A DNA stretch of 64,000 nucleotides from Candidatus Binatia bacterium (lineage in GTDB: Bacteria; Vulcanimicrobiota; Vulcanimicrobiia; Vulcanimicrobiales; Vulcanimicrobiaceae). Every line of letters begins with the position of its first letter. Within the stretch, counting starts at the first letter, position 1. The DNA is taken from NCBI GenBank assembly GCA_035604635.1, contig DATNIC010000003.1, positions 22,028-86,027 of the forward strand, read 5' to 3'. The notes under the pieces were generated by a model. The model ran no database searches and had not been told where the DNA came from. It was given only the letters and a program-made list of their open reading frames with translations. The translations under genes were made by a program, and so were the position numbers. Positions 63,789 to 64,000 of this stretch are shown here, piece after piece.

Positions 63789-64000
63789 ATGGACAAACCC
63801 TGGTATAGATCTTTCAATTGGTCCCTAGCCGGCGTCTGTATCTTCCTCTCGCTGGCCGGCGTCTTGTTTATCAGTTCGGCGACGATGCACGATTCGGGCG
63901 CACCCGACGAATTCAAGAAGCAGCTGCTCTACATCGTCGTCGGGATCACCCTGATGTTCGTCGTTGCGTTTGTCGACTACCACCGATGGCAGCAGTGGGC
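63789..64000 (+). CDS. rodA: FtsW/RodA/SpoVE family peptidoglycan glycosyltransferase, N-terminal fragment (runs off window end)
   Basis: Open to the window end, so absent from the ORF track. Hand translation: MDKPWYRSFNWSLAGVCIFLSLAGVLFISSATMHDSGAPDEFKKQLLYIVVGITLMFVVAFVDYHRWQQW, a typical SEDS N-terminus. Position after minE favours rodA. Confidence 0.7.
   Translation, partial: MDKPWYRSFNWSLAGVCIFLSLAGVLFISSATMHDSGAPDEFKKQLLYIVVGITLMFVVAFVDYHRWQQW

Overview
High-GC (about two-thirds G+C by eye) bacterial chromosome segment centred on the replication-origin neighbourhood. Left of dnaA, mostly on the minus strand: rpmH-rnpA-yidD-yidC-jag-mnmE-(ferredoxin-MBL hydrolase, + strand)-mnmG-rsmG-cca-parA-parB-thiE-thiD. 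These are preceded by a zinc-ribbon gene, trpS, a dienelactone hydrolase, an aminotransferase and a large DUF11-repeat gene that runs off the window start. That last gene has no stop in the window, so it is missing from the ORF track. Right of the origin, plus strand: dnaA-dnaN-recF-DUF721(DciA-like)-gyrB. This continues without a break into a ~20-kb outer-membrane/LPS supercluster: tamB-bamA-3x ompH/skp-lpxD-lpxC-fabZ-lpxA-lpxB-LpxH-like phosphoesterase-LpxB-related GT-O-antigen ligase-lptC-lptB-lptF/G. Then come DUF3084, a small RuvC/YqgF-like nuclease, DUF4127, a TPR protein, a GT4 glycosyltransferase, an unknown secreted protein, recQ, dnaX-ybaB-recR-panB, an M48/BepA-like protease + DUF697 operon, and minC-minD-minD-minE-rodA(partial). 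I saw no rRNA, tRNA, CRISPR, transposase, phage or obvious defence genes. Signals worth a second look: (1) A ~110-nt GC-rich structured repeat is present six times. Two of its hairpins are supported by compensatory base changes between copies. In five copies it ends 5-6 nt before the start codon of a core gene (parA, gyrB, lptB, ybaB, rodA) and supplies the GGAG, often with an ORF running through it that is stop/start-coupled to the flanking genes. (2) Four conserved genes (mnmE, lpxB, recR, first minD) have indispensable N-terminal motifs encoded upstream of the first ATG/GTG/TTG. This implies near-cognate starts (ATA, ATC/ACG, ATT, CTG) at translationally coupled junctions. (3) There are tandem minD paralogs and a MinE with a poly-Arg tail. 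(4) A perfect 22-bp inverted repeat bridges the bamA stop and the skp start. (5) An LpxH-like metallophosphoesterase (GNRE motif) overlaps the lpxB stop. (6) DnaA-box arrays lie upstream of dnaA, between dnaA and dnaN (with an AT-rich stretch), and unexpectedly upstream of minC. CDS coordinates are taken from the ORF-track frames. Features I counted by hand (rpmH, repeats, hairpins, boxes) may be off by 1-2 nt. All family assignments come from motif recognition by eye, not from searches.
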